A stretch of 64,000 nucleotides of DNA from a virus (taxonomy: Duplodnaviria; Caudoviricetes): IMG/VR virus record IMGVR_UViG_3300025018_000093; one strand, 5' to 3'. The notes under the pieces were generated by a model, which did no database searches, had not been told where the DNA came from, and was given only the letters and a program-made list of their open reading frames with translations. Positions 24,722 through 35,619 of the stretch are shown piece by piece; the stretch's first letter is position 1; each line of letters begins with the position of its first letter. Position numbers and translations under genes: made by a program.

Positions 24722-27700
24722 ATGACTTCAAAGCTCACATCCGGGTTCGTTATCAAGCCTCTCAAGGTCGCCTCCACAAATGCGGTGGATACGGCAACTC
24801 CGAACAACGGTGTCGTGAGAGACGTAAAGCCCATTCCCACGTCCTTCGACCTCGGAGTGGGAGGGTCGGTGTTGGATGTTGCGGGAGACCAGTACCGCGT
24901 AGCGTTTTTGGAGGGTCCGAATCAGGAACCCTCTGAGTATTTGGTGTGGGCTGCCAACAACTCCAATCTGGCACTCGTCGAGGATGACTCTTGGAGCACC
25001 ACAAACGGAGTGGGGAAGATTCCTTCGGGGACGGCCATCGTTCTGGATTCCAGTCCCCCGGACGGAGGGCAGAGGACGGATGGAAGCACGCGGCTTGTTG
25101 TCACCGACAACGGGGGGAGGTCCCTGGCGAAGATCCTGTCTGTAAAGGTCATTCGAGGGGATGACTCCCTTCGGGTCGAGCACACGCTGTCATACCCCAC
25201 GGACTTCTCTGTGCCCGACGCGGACTCGGGTTTACTCTATCTGGTGGACAATGCCACGACACAAGCAGCTCTGACACCGGCTACAGGAGAGCACCCGGCT
25301 TTCAGCGCACTCCGTCGGGATACCATCACAGAGGTGGAGTACGTCATTGCTCAGGCGAGGTTCTGGTGGACGCGCAATGATGTCTACCAGACGAGGTTCT
25401 CCTGGAATGGCCGCACGCAACGCTGGGAGCCTCTTCGCGGCGGCTCTCCGTCCAACTTGGGTGTTCTGCTACCCCTGGAGACGTACGCGCTACAACCAAG
25501 CCCTGAGGGCCTTACAGAGGGTGTGTACCTTCCGGGAAGCCTAGACTTTGATAGCTACAGTATGCTGCGTGTGGGTTCCTCTCCGAATGCGCAGAGCATA
25601 CCCATTGCGCCGAACCCCAGCGGCCCCTTTGAGGGTGTCTTGGTGGTCACGGACGAGTCTGCGTCCACTGTCTTTGACTTCTCCTCTTACACCCCTCCTC
25701 CAGCAGCTGTTGTGGGGGTGACCAGTGGGTTGCTCCAGTGGAATCAGAACTTCGTGGCTCAGAATGCGGGTCTGAGCATCTGGTATGTGCCGCAGACCTT
25801 TGACCCAGAATCTAAGGGACGCTTGGGTTTGCTTCTCGACGCAAAGAGCACCCCGCTGCACATTGCTCCCGTCCCAGGTCTCTCCGAGAACCCGCATTTG
25901 CGTTTAGGATCCCGGAAGTATTTGACAGTGATCCCCGTGGCCACAGAGGCGGAGCAAGATGCATTGCCATCTGTCCTGGAAGGAACCGTCTCGGTCACAG
26001 GGTCGACAGGACGGTTGCGGTTTAGCCTGGAGGACATTGCCAAGGCTGACCCTGATGACTCTGGATTCGACATTCGATATCTGAACGTGGAGGTCTTCTA
26101 CGACGGTGTTTCTTTGAACAGGAAAGCACAACCTGTTCGTAGCCCCACGGCTGCTATCGGAACAGGAGGGGAAGAGGAAGTCGTTGCGGATAGCAATCTC
26201 CTCTACCTGCGAAATGCGGAACCGCTTCCGGGTTTGGGGACCTCCGGCATTCTGCATGTTCCGGACGGCACGGGGTCTATCCCTATACCCGGAAATGCTC
26301 ACTTGCGCCCTGGAGGGGATAGCTCCTTGGAGGATGACTATTCCGGTTTGCTTCGTTGGGTCGAAGGGGTTGGGGATAGCATTCTGTTCACACGATCCGG
26401 TTCTCTGGTGGAGATTCGGGTGGTGGACACCTCTGCGGACTTTCCCTCTTTCCGTTTTCACATTCCTCAGGGTACGGGGTACATCGCGAGGAAGCTGGAA
26501 AAGTCTGGGAACTTTGACCGGGGCTCCCTTGTGGAGTTGGGCGTTACCGATAGGCAGAGGTTCTCTGGGGAGCTTCTGTACTTTCTCCAGGCAGAATTGC
26601 TTCCCGCACAGTACACGGAACAAGCTCGTGTGTTCTCTCGCGTACGGCACACGTTCACGTTGGATGGGACTGAAAGTTTGCATTTCGCCATCGACGGCGG
26701 GACTGTGGTGAAGACGGTAGCCCCTTCCGGTGCGGGGACGTACACAGCAGCTCAGATTGCAGCTCATCTCAATTCTGGTTTGTCTGCTGGCAGAGCCTAC
26801 GAGCTATCTGGGCATGTCGTCTTGGAAGCAGAGGACCCAACGTCTGGAACTATCGAGATTGGGTTTGGGTCTTCTACACGGGATCTTTCGGGGGCTGCGG
26901 CGCTTGGACTTCTTCCAGGGTGGAGAGTTGACACAACGGACCCGGCCACGTTTTGGCTTCCCGATTCCGGGGTCAGTGTTGGGTTGTTCCGAAGCCCCTC
27001 AAATCTGGACAGGGCAGAAGGGGTACCCGATGCGCAGGCTCGTGTGCGATTTGAGGAGAAGCTTCTGGTTCCTTCCACGCAAGCACAACCTTTTGTGTTC
27101 CTGACCAATCCACCGTTGCGGGATGTCGCGGGGTTCGACGAGGACGTGTTTTTCAAGGTGGTTTCAGGGGACGGGGCACGCCTCCTCCGAAACTTCTCTG
27201 AGGTGGAGTACAGGTTCACGGAGGACAATCCGAAGTATGCCTGGCTGGAAGGTCACACCGAGCAAGCGGCAATCACTCGTCCTGTCACGACGCTGAACTT
27301 CCAACGGACGAATATCTCTTCGCCCACACTCCTCGGAGTGGTGGGTGGGGGTTTGTACAGTTCTGAGGATGGCGGGCCTCTTCAGCGTCAAGCTTTAGGT
27401 ACGGACTACCTCTTGGACGCGGGTGGGTCTACCGGGGGAGCCACCCTAATCACTCAGGTGGGGCGCAAGATTTCTTCCGGGGCGCGAGGCTCTTTTACGG
27501 CCGGGGAGGCTACCTTCACCGACTTGACCGCTACGTTCCAGACAGATTCGATTGCTCCGGGGTATCGACTCAAGCTCTTGTCTGGGGATGCGACGGGGCA
27601 GTCCTTTATTGTCCAAGAGGTCCTCAGCGAGACTCGGCTGGTCGTCGCAGTCCCGTCTTTTCCCGTAGGGTCCGGGGGCATCCCCGTGGCCTGGGAGCTG

Positions 27701-30700
27701 TGTGAAGGTTTCTCTGCGAACGTGTATGACCCCAGTCTTTTGGCTGACGTGGTGTATGAGGAGTTCAACCATCTCCAAGAGGAGCCGTTCCGAGTGCGTT
27801 TGCTCTCCTCTGTTGGGGAGATCCCTTCCACAGACTCTGAGCAGATAGCCAATCGAAATGTGGCCTTCGTAGCGGATGCCATTGAGCGAGGCCGCAGTAT
27901 GGCTGTGCGCTTCGGGTTGGAGAATCGAGTCAGTGAGGTGTCCCTGACACTCCTCCAGTATCCCGAGTTGGGGCTCCTGGCGAAAGGATTGCTCATCCCA
28001 GATGCTCTGTCCGATGATCACTTCTTGAATCAGACGTTCCGAGTACGAGTGGGGAGTACGCAGTTCACGCAGGGTGTGGACCTCTTCCCCGTGACCTCTT
28101 TCACGGTGCCAGCTCCCGCCACAGGCACTGTGGAGTATCTCACCAGCACGGGGGAGCTGGCTTTCGCGACGGATATCCTCACGGACTACCAGAGCGCCAT
28201 CGTCCGGTACGAACAGGAGTTTCTCCCTGCGGCGCAGGTTCCTGTAGGAACAGCGGAGCTGAACTCTTTGACGGGGGAGTTGAACTTCGCGGCGTTTGAA
28301 CTGATGGCCTACCATCAGCGCACGGGGTACTTCGTCGAGCAAATGGTCACGGAGAGAAGAGTTGATGTTGCAATGAACCCCCTTGCGGGAAGTTTCGTCT
28401 TCTTCCAGCCTCTGCGTGAGGGACAGATTGTCGAGGCGCACTATTTCGTTGCGGACAACCAAGGTGGGAAAGCCCTGGACGAGGATGGCAATGCTATCGA
28501 GGTCCTGGAGTTTCTTCCCCTGTACATACGATCCGAGGAAGCCTCGCGGGTTACCCCTCAGGCATACACGTTCAACTCCAATGGAAAGACGGCGGATGAC
28601 CGCATTGCGCCTGCTGTCTATGTTGATGTCAACCGACAAAACTATGGTTCAAAGACCACAGCCGAAGTGGTCTTCGATCCCGAGCCTTACATCTACTTCC
28701 AGGGTTTTACGGTAGACGCGAGTTCCGTTGTCAAGATTAGCTACGCCGTCTTGGAAGCCTTCGGGGGAGAGACAGGGTATTCTACGTCGCAACGCCCAGT
28801 GTACCGCCCGCCATTCTTCCTGGGGAAGAGGCAAACAACCTTTACACTGGAAGGGGATCGCTCTGCGGAATTGACTCCCGGGAAGGTGCTACGCCTGGGT
28901 GCTAGGCCCTTGTACATCCAATCCTCTGTCTGGGACTCGGTTCAGGACAGCACAACAGTGACAATCTACCCGGAGCTGGAACAAGAGGTTGGGATACGAG
29001 CCCCTGGAAACGACGTTCTTTCTCTGTTGACTTCGGTCCCTGTGACAACTCTTGTCAATGGAGTTTCCACGTCAGCCGCTGCGGGGTTCCTGCTGACGGT
29101 GACAGCACCCTACGCACCTGTGCGCAAGGGAACTCGGGAGATCCGTTTTGAAGGGGACCTGACACAGTTTGCCGTGGCAGGGCATCTTATCGAGGTGGGG
29201 GGTGTTCCCTTCCTCGTGATCAACGCCAGCCAGTCTGAGGATGGCGCAACGACCTCGGTGGAAGTTTCGGTCGCCTTCCCACGGGAGTTTCATTTCGGTT
29301 CGGATGCGGTGAAGCTTTCCGTCCGCCCCGTTTACCCGGACGGTGCTTTGCAGTTCCTTGGGCGGAGCCCTCTACTTCGTTCGGAACCGTTCGAGTTAGT
29401 GCTGTTCGGTGAGCGGGACCGGAGTGGGGATCTCCTTCCAGGTAGAACGCTTGAGCTTGGGGTGGAGTATGACATCGATGCAGAGAGCGGGAACGTCACT
29501 CTGATTGAGGGTAACCAGGCGGGGATTAGAACGGGGCAGCGGTTCTTCCTCCGTTACACCAAACTCAAGAGTTTGCAGCCGAGACTAGGTTCTGGGTACG
29601 TCATTCTCCCGCGCTTTCGAGCGGACTTCCACCACGTCACTGTGCCTTCCGAGGACAACCAGTTCCTGGCCACTTCTGTTCTGGGGACCTTCACCTTCCA
29701 CAACCCGGATAGTTTCTTCTTCCGGGTGGACACGATGGACAACTTCATCTCGGAGGTGCAGCAGGACCGTGTGAACCTCCTTGCTTCCCAGAACCCTTCG
29801 GGAGGACCGATAATCACAGTTGCCAGTCCCGTGGAGAATCAGGACCGAGGGTTTTCGGGGTTTGGTTCACAACGCAGGTCTCTTCTGGACAGCGACCGTG
29901 CTGGCAGGACACTCTTGGACTTCTACAATTCCACGGTATCTTGCTTGGAGCAGGTACAGGAGACGTACAACGGTTTGCTTGTGGGTGACCGTGACGGGAA
30001 GTTTCAGCATTTCGTTGGCCGGGGTGCTCGTTTTGCACCCCCGGGGTTCGAGGATGAGATCACGGGATATCTGAATCCCAGGTACCTGTGGACCGAGGTC
30101 TTCCTCTCGGAGACGAGTACGCAAGCCGTACCCATCAGGGCACTTCCTAAGGACCCCCTGGTAGATCCTGCTACCGCCACTCTGGTGAGCGCTGAGTTGT
30201 TGGGGAACCTTCCTCTTCCGAATGTTCTGGAGCAGCTCCTGGCATCTCAGGAAGTGCTCTTGCGCAATGCGGTGGATGATCTTCTCTTGACCCAGAGGGG
30301 AGTTGTCACAGCGGTCCTCTCTGGTTTTCCTCCTGTGCGGATGTACCAAGCCAGTGGGGTGTTCAAGAGCATGGCTGAGCCGCAGCAGTTCAGCCGGTTG
30401 TTTCCTACGACGACGCTGGCTTTCACGACGACCGTGCCGGGGCTTGGTGCGGACCCTGCGAATGGTAACTTGGGGGTTTACGCCTTCCGGCGAACGTTGT
30501 TGAATGCCGGTGGGGATGCAGAAACGCAATCCACCTATCAGCAGTCCATGGCAACGCTCTCGAATCCTGTGCAGGGTGTGCTCACGAATATCGTGGATGT
30601 TGCAATATCAGACCGTCTCCCAAGAGCCCGTGTGGTTTCTTTCTCCAGTACGGGGTATCCCGAGGTGGACCTCTTCAGCTCTGGGTTGCCAGCAGCACTC

Positions 30701-33700
30701 CTATCTGTAGTTCCCTTGTCCGAGTTCCCTGTGGACACGAGCACGGGTCTTCCAGACACAGGTCGTCTTCTCTCCCAGGCGTTAACCTCGGGTGCGGTGT
30801 TCGACATTGCCACGGGCAACCCGGATCTTCACACGCCTCCTTTCGAGACAGGGCAACCCTTGGCTCTGGGAAGGTCTAACGGGGAAGTTGTGGTCTTGCG
30901 CTATGTGCGAGAGAAGGTGGACATCCAAGGAAACGCGGTCTTTGGTGGGGTGTACGTCAAGGACGTCCTGAGCGGGTGTATTGTCACTTTCCAGGGGAAG
31001 TCTGGGAACATACTGAACGCTGCGGACATCGTCACGGTGGATGCCAGTGGTCTTCCCCTCCCTGTAGAGATGGGTCCTGGGGATTCTCTCTTCGTTGTGA
31101 CGGATTCAGCCACAAACATTGCACCCTCAGATCCCCCGACGCAGGCGGACATTGAGCGACTTGCCGCGTCTTTGGCTTCCTACCGCATAGGGGTTGACCT
31201 GGGAGTTAACAAACAGACGGGGGAGGTGCTGGACATCACGCAATCCTCTTTTGCGGACCCGTCCAACCTGGCTTTGAAAGAGCTTCTCGGGCAACACCCA
31301 CCCGTTCCGGGGACGAGCATCGAGGCTCTGCTGACCTTTTCCAATGGGAGCGTGAAGCACACACAATTCCCGGCTCTGGACAGCCAGGCACGAAACGACT
31401 CCGGGGATGAGTCCCTGCCCTACAAGGTCTGTTTGGAGACGGAGCAAGTACTACTGCGAAAGGCAGCGCAGGCTTTGCGGGAACTCCGATACGACAGTCC
31501 GGTACCCAGTGCGGTATACCCGGATGAAATATTGGGTACAGACGGACAGGTGTACCTTTCCCACTCCCTTGGCTTTCCTCCGGCCACTCTAGTCACGGTA
31601 GAAGATGCGCTCCCAGTGACAACAGCCGGATCCTACACGGCACATTCCGGCATGGGGGATGTGCGGCAGTACGATCTTCTGCTGGTTCAAGTGGATGACA
31701 CCGCTTCGTCTATCAACCAGGGCTCGCAAGGCATCTTGTCTGTTGGGGATGTGTCTCGTGCGGGGGGTCATAGCTTTTTGGAGCCTCCGCGCTTTATCAC
31801 GCAGACGCGGAAAGGGGATCGAATCAGGTACAAGTTGAACAACGCAATGACCCATTTCACATCGTCTCTGGGAACCTCTGGGGTTACCGTGCAGGAGAGC
31901 GGTGGAAACACGTCGTTGTTGTTCTCGGATGTGGGGTTCTACCTAGACGACGGGGAGGGAACGAGTCAGGGTGGTCTCAACCACATCTTGGACAATGCCC
32001 TCTTGCCGTTCCCAAACGAGAACTCCATTACAGTCCGCTTGTATGATCAGAGTACCGGGTCTCTCCTCCAGACTCTGGTCTTCTCGGGGCGCATTGCCGC
32101 CCCCGCCTCCTCGGCCACGGGGGGTCTCGGCACGGTCTACAATGCCGCACCTATCAGCATTGGGGGTGGGGCTATTGTGTACCCTGGGGTGAGTTTCGTG
32201 GACTTCACGGCCCTCGGAGGAGCTTCCCCGGGTCCTGTGGGACCCTTTGACGTGACGATCTCTATCGACACCTACACAGCGGGTTTGTCTGGGGATCGTA
32301 TAAACACGGGAAGCAGTACCGCCTACATTTCCTCGGATCGTTTGACCTTCCTGGAATCTGTGGACCTTTCTACAGCCCGCGACAGATGGTTCGGGTTTCC
32401 CACGGGTCTGGAAGTCTTGACCGTGACCAGTCCTGACAGTGAAGACATGACAGTGAATAGTCCCTTCTGGGTGAATGGGAATCTTCCCTTTACCTTCTTG
32501 GAGCGCACTCCTGGGTCTGTCGGTTCTTTCCAGGCGGCTACTTCCGGGGGAGCTGGGGATGAGAGTGGTGCTATCAAGGTGATGGCCTGGGAAGGGTTCT
32601 ACAACACTCCAATCCTGAGCACAGGACCCGTGCAATTCTCTGCGATCCCTTCCTCTTCGCAGGACACGTCTGGTGTCATCTGCCAAGGTACTGGAGGCTG
32701 CAATGGGAGCAGTTCTCAATACGACTTTCGTGTGACGGATATCGAAGTACTGTCCGGGTCTCTGCCGAGGGTGTACAAGGGAGACGTACTAGTAATCGAC
32801 ACGGCTGCAGACCCATCCCCAGCCTCGTTTCCGGGAGCTTTGGCCACGACAAAAGCGGGTGCGTATCTGATTCGTCAGGTAGTGGAAAGCAACGATACCG
32901 TGCTGCACCCAGACCGTCGGGAGGTCACCCTTACGGCGAATGCCGGGGATGGATTTGGGTGGCTGGACGTGCGCTTTCCCAGAGTTGTCACCTACGATGA
33001 TGTGTTGAAGAGTCTCACGGTGACAAGCATCACCTTGGTGGAAGGGTCTCCGACAATGCATGCGTTCCCTGTTACGGGTCGCGTGTACGTGCTGACAGCT
33101 AACTTTGCGGAGATTGCCAACGCTACAGACTACACGGCATACAAGTCTGCTGTGGTCAGTGCCCAGTACGCATCCGTTTCCCAGCCAACTAACCAGTTCC
33201 TGGGTTTGACGGATTTCCGGGATGCTGGTGGAGTGGTCATTGCGTCTTCTGTGTTTGCGGCTGCCGCAACAGTTGGAAGGCAAATATCCGGGATGACCTA
33301 TTTCCAGGCACAGGTGGGGGGAGAGCAGGGGCTTCCTTCCTTGAATGTCGTGGGCCGGGATACGTCGGACTCTATCTTCGGGGTGCGACACTTTTCGGTG
33401 CAGGGTGATCTTGTACCAAGTAGCCCAGCGGCTGCTTTGTTCTATGATGGTAGTCTGGGAGAGATTGGAAAGGTCTCCGGGGCTGGTGTTTGTATTGTGG
33501 TCACCCAGAGAGCTGTTTCACCGTCCACATCCTTTGTCTCGGATGCGGATGCTTCGGTGTACCCCGCAATCCCAGGGGTTGTCGACATCACCTCGATTCT
33601 CCCAGCCGACTGGGCATCCTTGCACCAACCCGTGGCGCACCCCAACAGCTTGGTCTCTTGTGTGCTTCCTGGGGAGTCTTTCGTGACGGAGAGCAACCTC

Positions 33701-35392
33701 AGTGATCCTGGATTCTGGGCACAAGCTGCGATTTTCCTGGAGCCCTCCTGGCCGACCCCCACGCAGAACTTGCTTCTGTCAGCCCAGCTTGTTGACGCGA
33801 ACCATAGCTTGGCCCTGAGCCGGATTGGGATGCAGGACGTCAACAATTTCATTCCTTCCCCCATCTCCCAGGAGCGTGTGCGCTTCGAAGTGCGTCGCAT
33901 ACGTCGTTTCGGAGCAGGTGTGCAAAGTATCCTGGAAGCACTCCAGGACCTCCAGTTCACCTATGCTGTCCGACGTGGCGATATTGTTTCCTACTCTTCG
34001 ACTCGACAGATGGGGATCGTGGAGACAGATGGGGGGACGCAGCTTGGTTTGCTGACGGATACCCGTGTGAACATCAATCCCGGAGATTCTTTCCGACTCC
34101 TGGATGCGTTGGGGAACGTGGTCGAAGAGGTTCCCATCTTGGGTGTACGCAATGGGGTGGAGCTTCTCCTGTCGCCTCCAGGGTTGACGGTTCCCCTCCT
34201 AGGGAACCGTTTTGAGGTGTACCTCCGACAACCTCTGGTGCCGCATGAACAATCGCATGCACAGCTTCTGGAGCTTGCGACAGATTCCTGGGTTCACGAA
34301 ACCACTGCCAATGTGGGTACGGGTGCCGGGGGTTTCGTCACGGATACAGGAGTGCTCAAGGATACAGGTGTCTCGGGTACGGGTCTGGAAACCTTCACGG
34401 CGTTGGGCGTTCAAGAGGGTGACTACGTGCTGGTGGATGCTTCTGGAGAACTCAACCCCACGGGGGCACCCACAGTCCGTGAAAGGGGAGTCTCTCCCCT
34501 TGGCGACCGTGGAGTCTCTACGCGGGTGGATGGAAGTTACGTAGCAGGTCGTCCTAGCGAGCTAGATGACAATCGTGGCTTCTACCGTGTGGTCGCAGTA
34601 AACGCGGACAATCTGGTATTGTCGGGGGCTTCTAAGTTTGCCGGGGACCTCTCCAGCGGGGATGTGATCTTCGAGAGCGGGGGGTGGGAACTCGCTCTCT
34701 ATCCCACGATCCACGACTCGTTGCTCCTTCCTGGTGGTATTGAAGGGCAGAATGACCTGCGTAAGACGGCACTAGCGGGGGAAATTGGTTCACCCGCAGG
34801 GTCTTATCTGGGAAATGCGTATAGCATCGCTCCATTCTCCTATCGCGTACTGAGACCAATTGGCCTTCTTACAACGGAGACGGTGGAGCTTCTGTTGATG
34901 CTTCGGGAACGGTTTCTCTCTTGGAGGGAAATGCTGGACCAATGGGTCATGGAAGGGGGGACGTTCTTCATTTTCCAGAGAGACTCCCAGGCGGAGGATC
35001 TCCGACAGGGCCTCTTGAATGTGTCCGTGACATCGGGGTTAGAGGGTCAGGTAGGGGTTGCTCCCTTCGCGAACGATGCCGATGCACTGTCCGTGCTGGA
35101 CCGTCGATTCTGGGTGTTGGATTCTCAGTTGGATTACACAGCACCCCCTTTTACGGGTGGGGATGCGTACACGTCTTTCCGCACAGGAAGAGGGCGCCCT
35201 GTGTTCCCCGATGACATCGAAATGGCTTTGGGCAATCGAGACAACCTGAGAGACTTCCGTTCCGTGTGGCTGGACTACCGCGTGAATCTAATCTCGGGGA
35301 CGTTGTCTGCTATCAGGCGGTATGATGCACAGGAGCCACAACGCGAAGCAAATCAACGTGACCTGATTCGATTTCGTGGAGGTGCGGGGTGA
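24722..35392 (+). CDS. Giant (3556 aa) putative baseplate/virion structural protein
   Basis: Uninterrupted 10.7-kb ORF with beta-rich composition inside the baseplate cluster. No catalytic motif recognised. Confidence 0.85.
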   Translation: MTSKLTSGFVIKPLKVASTNAVDTATPNNGVVRDVKPIPTSFDLGVGGSVLDVAGDQYRVAFLEGPNQEPSEYLVWAANNSNLALVEDDSWSTTNGVGKIPSGTAIVLDSSPPDGGQRTDGSTRLVVTDNGGRSLAKILSVKVIRGDDSLRVEHTLSYPTDFSVPDADSGLLYLVDNATTQAALTPATGEHPAFSALRRDTITEVEYVIAQARFWWTRNDVYQTRFSWNGRTQRWEPLRGGSPSNLGVLLPLETYALQPSPEGLTEGVYLPGSLDFDSYSMLRVGSSPNAQSIPIAPNPSGPFEGVLVVTDESASTVFDFSSYTPPPAAVVGVTSGLLQWNQNFVAQNAGLSIWYVPQTFDPESKGRLGLLLDAKSTPLHIAPVPGLSENPHLRLGSRKYLTVIPVATEAEQDALPSVLEGTVSVTGSTGRLRFSLEDIAKADPDDSGFDIRYLNVEVFYDGVSLNRKAQPVRSPTAAIGTGGEEEVVADSNLLYLRNAEPLPGLGTSGILHVPDGTGSIPIPGNAHLRPGGDSSLEDDYSGLLRWVEGVGDSILFTRSGSLVEIRVVDTSADFPSFRFHIPQGTGYIARKLEKSGNFDRGSLVELGVTDRQRFSGELLYFLQAELLPAQYTEQARVFSRVRHTFTLDGTESLHFAIDGGTVVKTVAPSGAGTYTAAQIAAHLNSGLSAGRAYELSGHVVLEAEDPTSGTIEIGFGSSTRDLSGAAALGLLPGWRVDTTDPATFWLPDSGVSVGLFRSPSNLDRAEGVPDAQARVRFEEKLLVPSTQAQPFVFLTNPPLRDVAGFDEDVFFKVVSGDGARLLRNFSEVEYRFTEDNPKYAWLEGHTEQAAITRPVTTLNFQRTNISSPTLLGVVGGGLYSSEDGGPLQRQALGTDYLLDAGGSTGGATLITQVGRKISSGARGSFTAGEATFTDLTATFQTDSIAPGYRLKLLSGDATGQSFIVQEVLSETRLVVAVPSFPVGSGGIPVAWELCEGFSANVYDPSLLADVVYEEFNHLQEEPFRVRLLSSVGEIPSTDSEQIANRNVAFVADAIERGRSMAVRFGLENRVSEVSLTLLQYPELGLLAKGLLIPDALSDDHFLNQTFRVRVGSTQFTQGVDLFPVTSFTVPAPATGTVEYLTSTGELAFATDILTDYQSAIVRYEQEFLPAAQVPVGTAELNSLTGELNFAAFELMAYHQRTGYFVEQMVTERRVDVAMNPLAGSFVFFQPLREGQIVEAHYFVADNQGGKALDEDGNAIEVLEFLPLYIRSEEASRVTPQAYTFNSNGKTADDRIAPAVYVDVNRQNYGSKTTAEVVFDPEPYIYFQGFTVDASSVVKISYAVLEAFGGETGYSTSQRPVYRPPFFLGKRQTTFTLEGDRSAELTPGKVLRLGARPLYIQSSVWDSVQDSTTVTIYPELEQEVGIRAPGNDVLSLLTSVPVTTLVNGVSTSAAAGFLLTVTAPYAPVRKGTREIRFEGDLTQFAVAGHLIEVGGVPFLVINASQSEDGATTSVEVSVAFPREFHFGSDAVKLSVRPVYPDGALQFLGRSPLLRSEPFELVLFGERDRSGDLLPGRTLELGVEYDIDAESGNVTLIEGNQAGIRTGQRFFLRYTKLKSLQPRLGSGYVILPRFRADFHHVTVPSEDNQFLATSVLGTFTFHNPDSFFFRVDTMDNFISEVQQDRVNLLASQNPSGGPIITVASPVENQDRGFSGFGSQRRSLLDSDRAGRTLLDFYNSTVSCLEQVQETYNGLLVGDRDGKFQHFVGRGARFAPPGFEDEITGYLNPRYLWTEVFLSETSTQAVPIRALPKDPLVDPATATLVSAELLGNLPLPNVLEQLLASQEVLLRNAVDDLLLTQRGVVTAVLSGFPPVRMYQASGVFKSMAEPQQFSRLFPTTTLAFTTTVPGLGADPANGNLGVYAFRRTLLNAGGDAETQSTYQQSMATLSNPVQGVLTNIVDVAISDRLPRARVVSFSSTGYPEVDLFSSGLPAALLSVVPLSEFPVDTSTGLPDTGRLLSQALTSGAVFDIATGNPDLHTPPFETGQPLALGRSNGEVVVLRYVREKVDIQGNAVFGGVYVKDVLSGCIVTFQGKSGNILNAADIVTVDASGLPLPVEMGPGDSLFVVTDSATNIAPSDPPTQADIERLAASLASYRIGVDLGVNKQTGEVLDITQSSFADPSNLALKELLGQHPPVPGTSIEALLTFSNGSVKHTQFPALDSQARNDSGDESLPYKVCLETEQVLLRKAAQALRELRYDSPVPSAVYPDEILGTDGQVYLSHSLGFPPATLVTVEDALPVTTAGSYTAHSGMGDVRQYDLLLVQVDDTASSINQGSQGILSVGDVSRAGGHSFLEPPRFITQTRKGDRIRYKLNNAMTHFTSSLGTSGVTVQESGGNTSLLFSDVGFYLDDGEGTSQGGLNHILDNALLPFPNENSITVRLYDQSTGSLLQTLVFSGRIAAPASSATGGLGTVYNAAPISIGGGAIVYPGVSFVDFTALGGASPGPVGPFDVTISIDTYTAGLSGDRINTGSSTAYISSDRLTFLESVDLSTARDRWFGFPTGLEVLTVTSPDSEDMTVNSPFWVNGNLPFTFLERTPGSVGSFQAATSGGAGDESGAIKVMAWEGFYNTPILSTGPVQFSAIPSSSQDTSGVICQGTGGCNGSSSQYDFRVTDIEVLSGSLPRVYKGDVLVIDTAADPSPASFPGALATTKAGAYLIRQVVESNDTVLHPDRREVTLTANAGDGFGWLDVRFPRVVTYDDVLKSLTVTSITLVEGSPTMHAFPVTGRVYVLTANFAEIANATDYTAYKSAVVSAQYASVSQPTNQFLGLTDFRDAGGVVIASSVFAAAATVGRQISGMTYFQAQVGGEQGLPSLNVVGRDTSDSIFGVRHFSVQGDLVPSSPAAALFYDGSLGEIGKVSGAGVCIVVTQRAVSPSTSFVSDADASVYPAIPGVVDITSILPADWASLHQPVAHPNSLVSCVLPGESFVTESNLSDPGFWAQAAIFLEPSWPTPTQNLLLSAQLVDANHSLALSRIGMQDVNNFIPSPISQERVRFEVRRIRRFGAGVQSILEALQDLQFTYAVRRGDIVSYSSTRQMGIVETDGGTQLGLLTDTRVNINPGDSFRLLDALGNVVEEVPILGVRNGVELLLSPPGLTVPLLGNRFEVYLRQPLVPHEQSHAQLLELATDSWVHETTANVGTGAGGFVTDTGVLKDTGVSGTGLETFTALGVQEGDYVLVDASGELNPTGAPTVRERGVSPLGDRGVSTRVDGSYVAGRPSELDDNRGFYRVVAVNADNLVLSGASKFAGDLSSGDVIFESGGWELALYPTIHDSLLLPGGIEGQNDLRKTALAGEIGSPAGSYLGNAYSIAPFSYRVLRPIGLLTTETVELLLMLRERFLSWREMLDQWVMEGGTFFIFQRDSQAEDLRQGLLNVSVTSGLEGQVGVAPFANDADALSVLDRRFWVLDSQLDYTAPPFTGGDAYTSFRTGRGRPVFPDDIEMALGNRDNLRDFRSVWLDYRVNLISGTLSAIRRYDAQEPQREANQRDLIRFRGGAG

Positions 35393-35619
35393 ACGATAAG
35401 GAAAAAGAGCTACGAGAGAGACTAGAAGCACAGGGCGTGAAGGTTGGTAGCTGGACCCAGCGGGAGGCGAAGGAAGTTCGCCCTCAGTTCTCTGGCAATA
35501 TGCTTTCTCTGTTGGAGCAACTGCGGGAAGTCATTCAGGGCCAAATCTCGTCAGATGCTGAAAAGATCGGGCAGCTTCGAGAGGCTGCACACCGAGTGAA
35601 GTACGGCGGAGGACGGTAG
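35389..35619 (+). CDS. Small hypothetical protein (76 aa)
   Basis: GTGA overlap with the giant gene and a GGAGG SD. Its stop abuts the next ATG. Confidence 0.65.
   Translation: MNDKEKELRERLEAQGVKVGSWTQREAKEVRPQFSGNMLSLLEQLREVIQGQISSDAEKIGQLREAAHRVKYGGGR

Noticed and set aside
27446-28639. 397-aa minus-strand ORF, and the other minus-strand ORFs within the giant gene
   Set aside because: Antisense shadows of a strongly supported + strand gene; all supported genes in the window are on the + strand.
24722-35392. Intein or group I intron in the giant gene or hub
   Set aside because: No C-terminal HN-[C/S/T] splice junction with a matching N-terminal block, no LAGLIDADG motif and no ORF interruption was seen.
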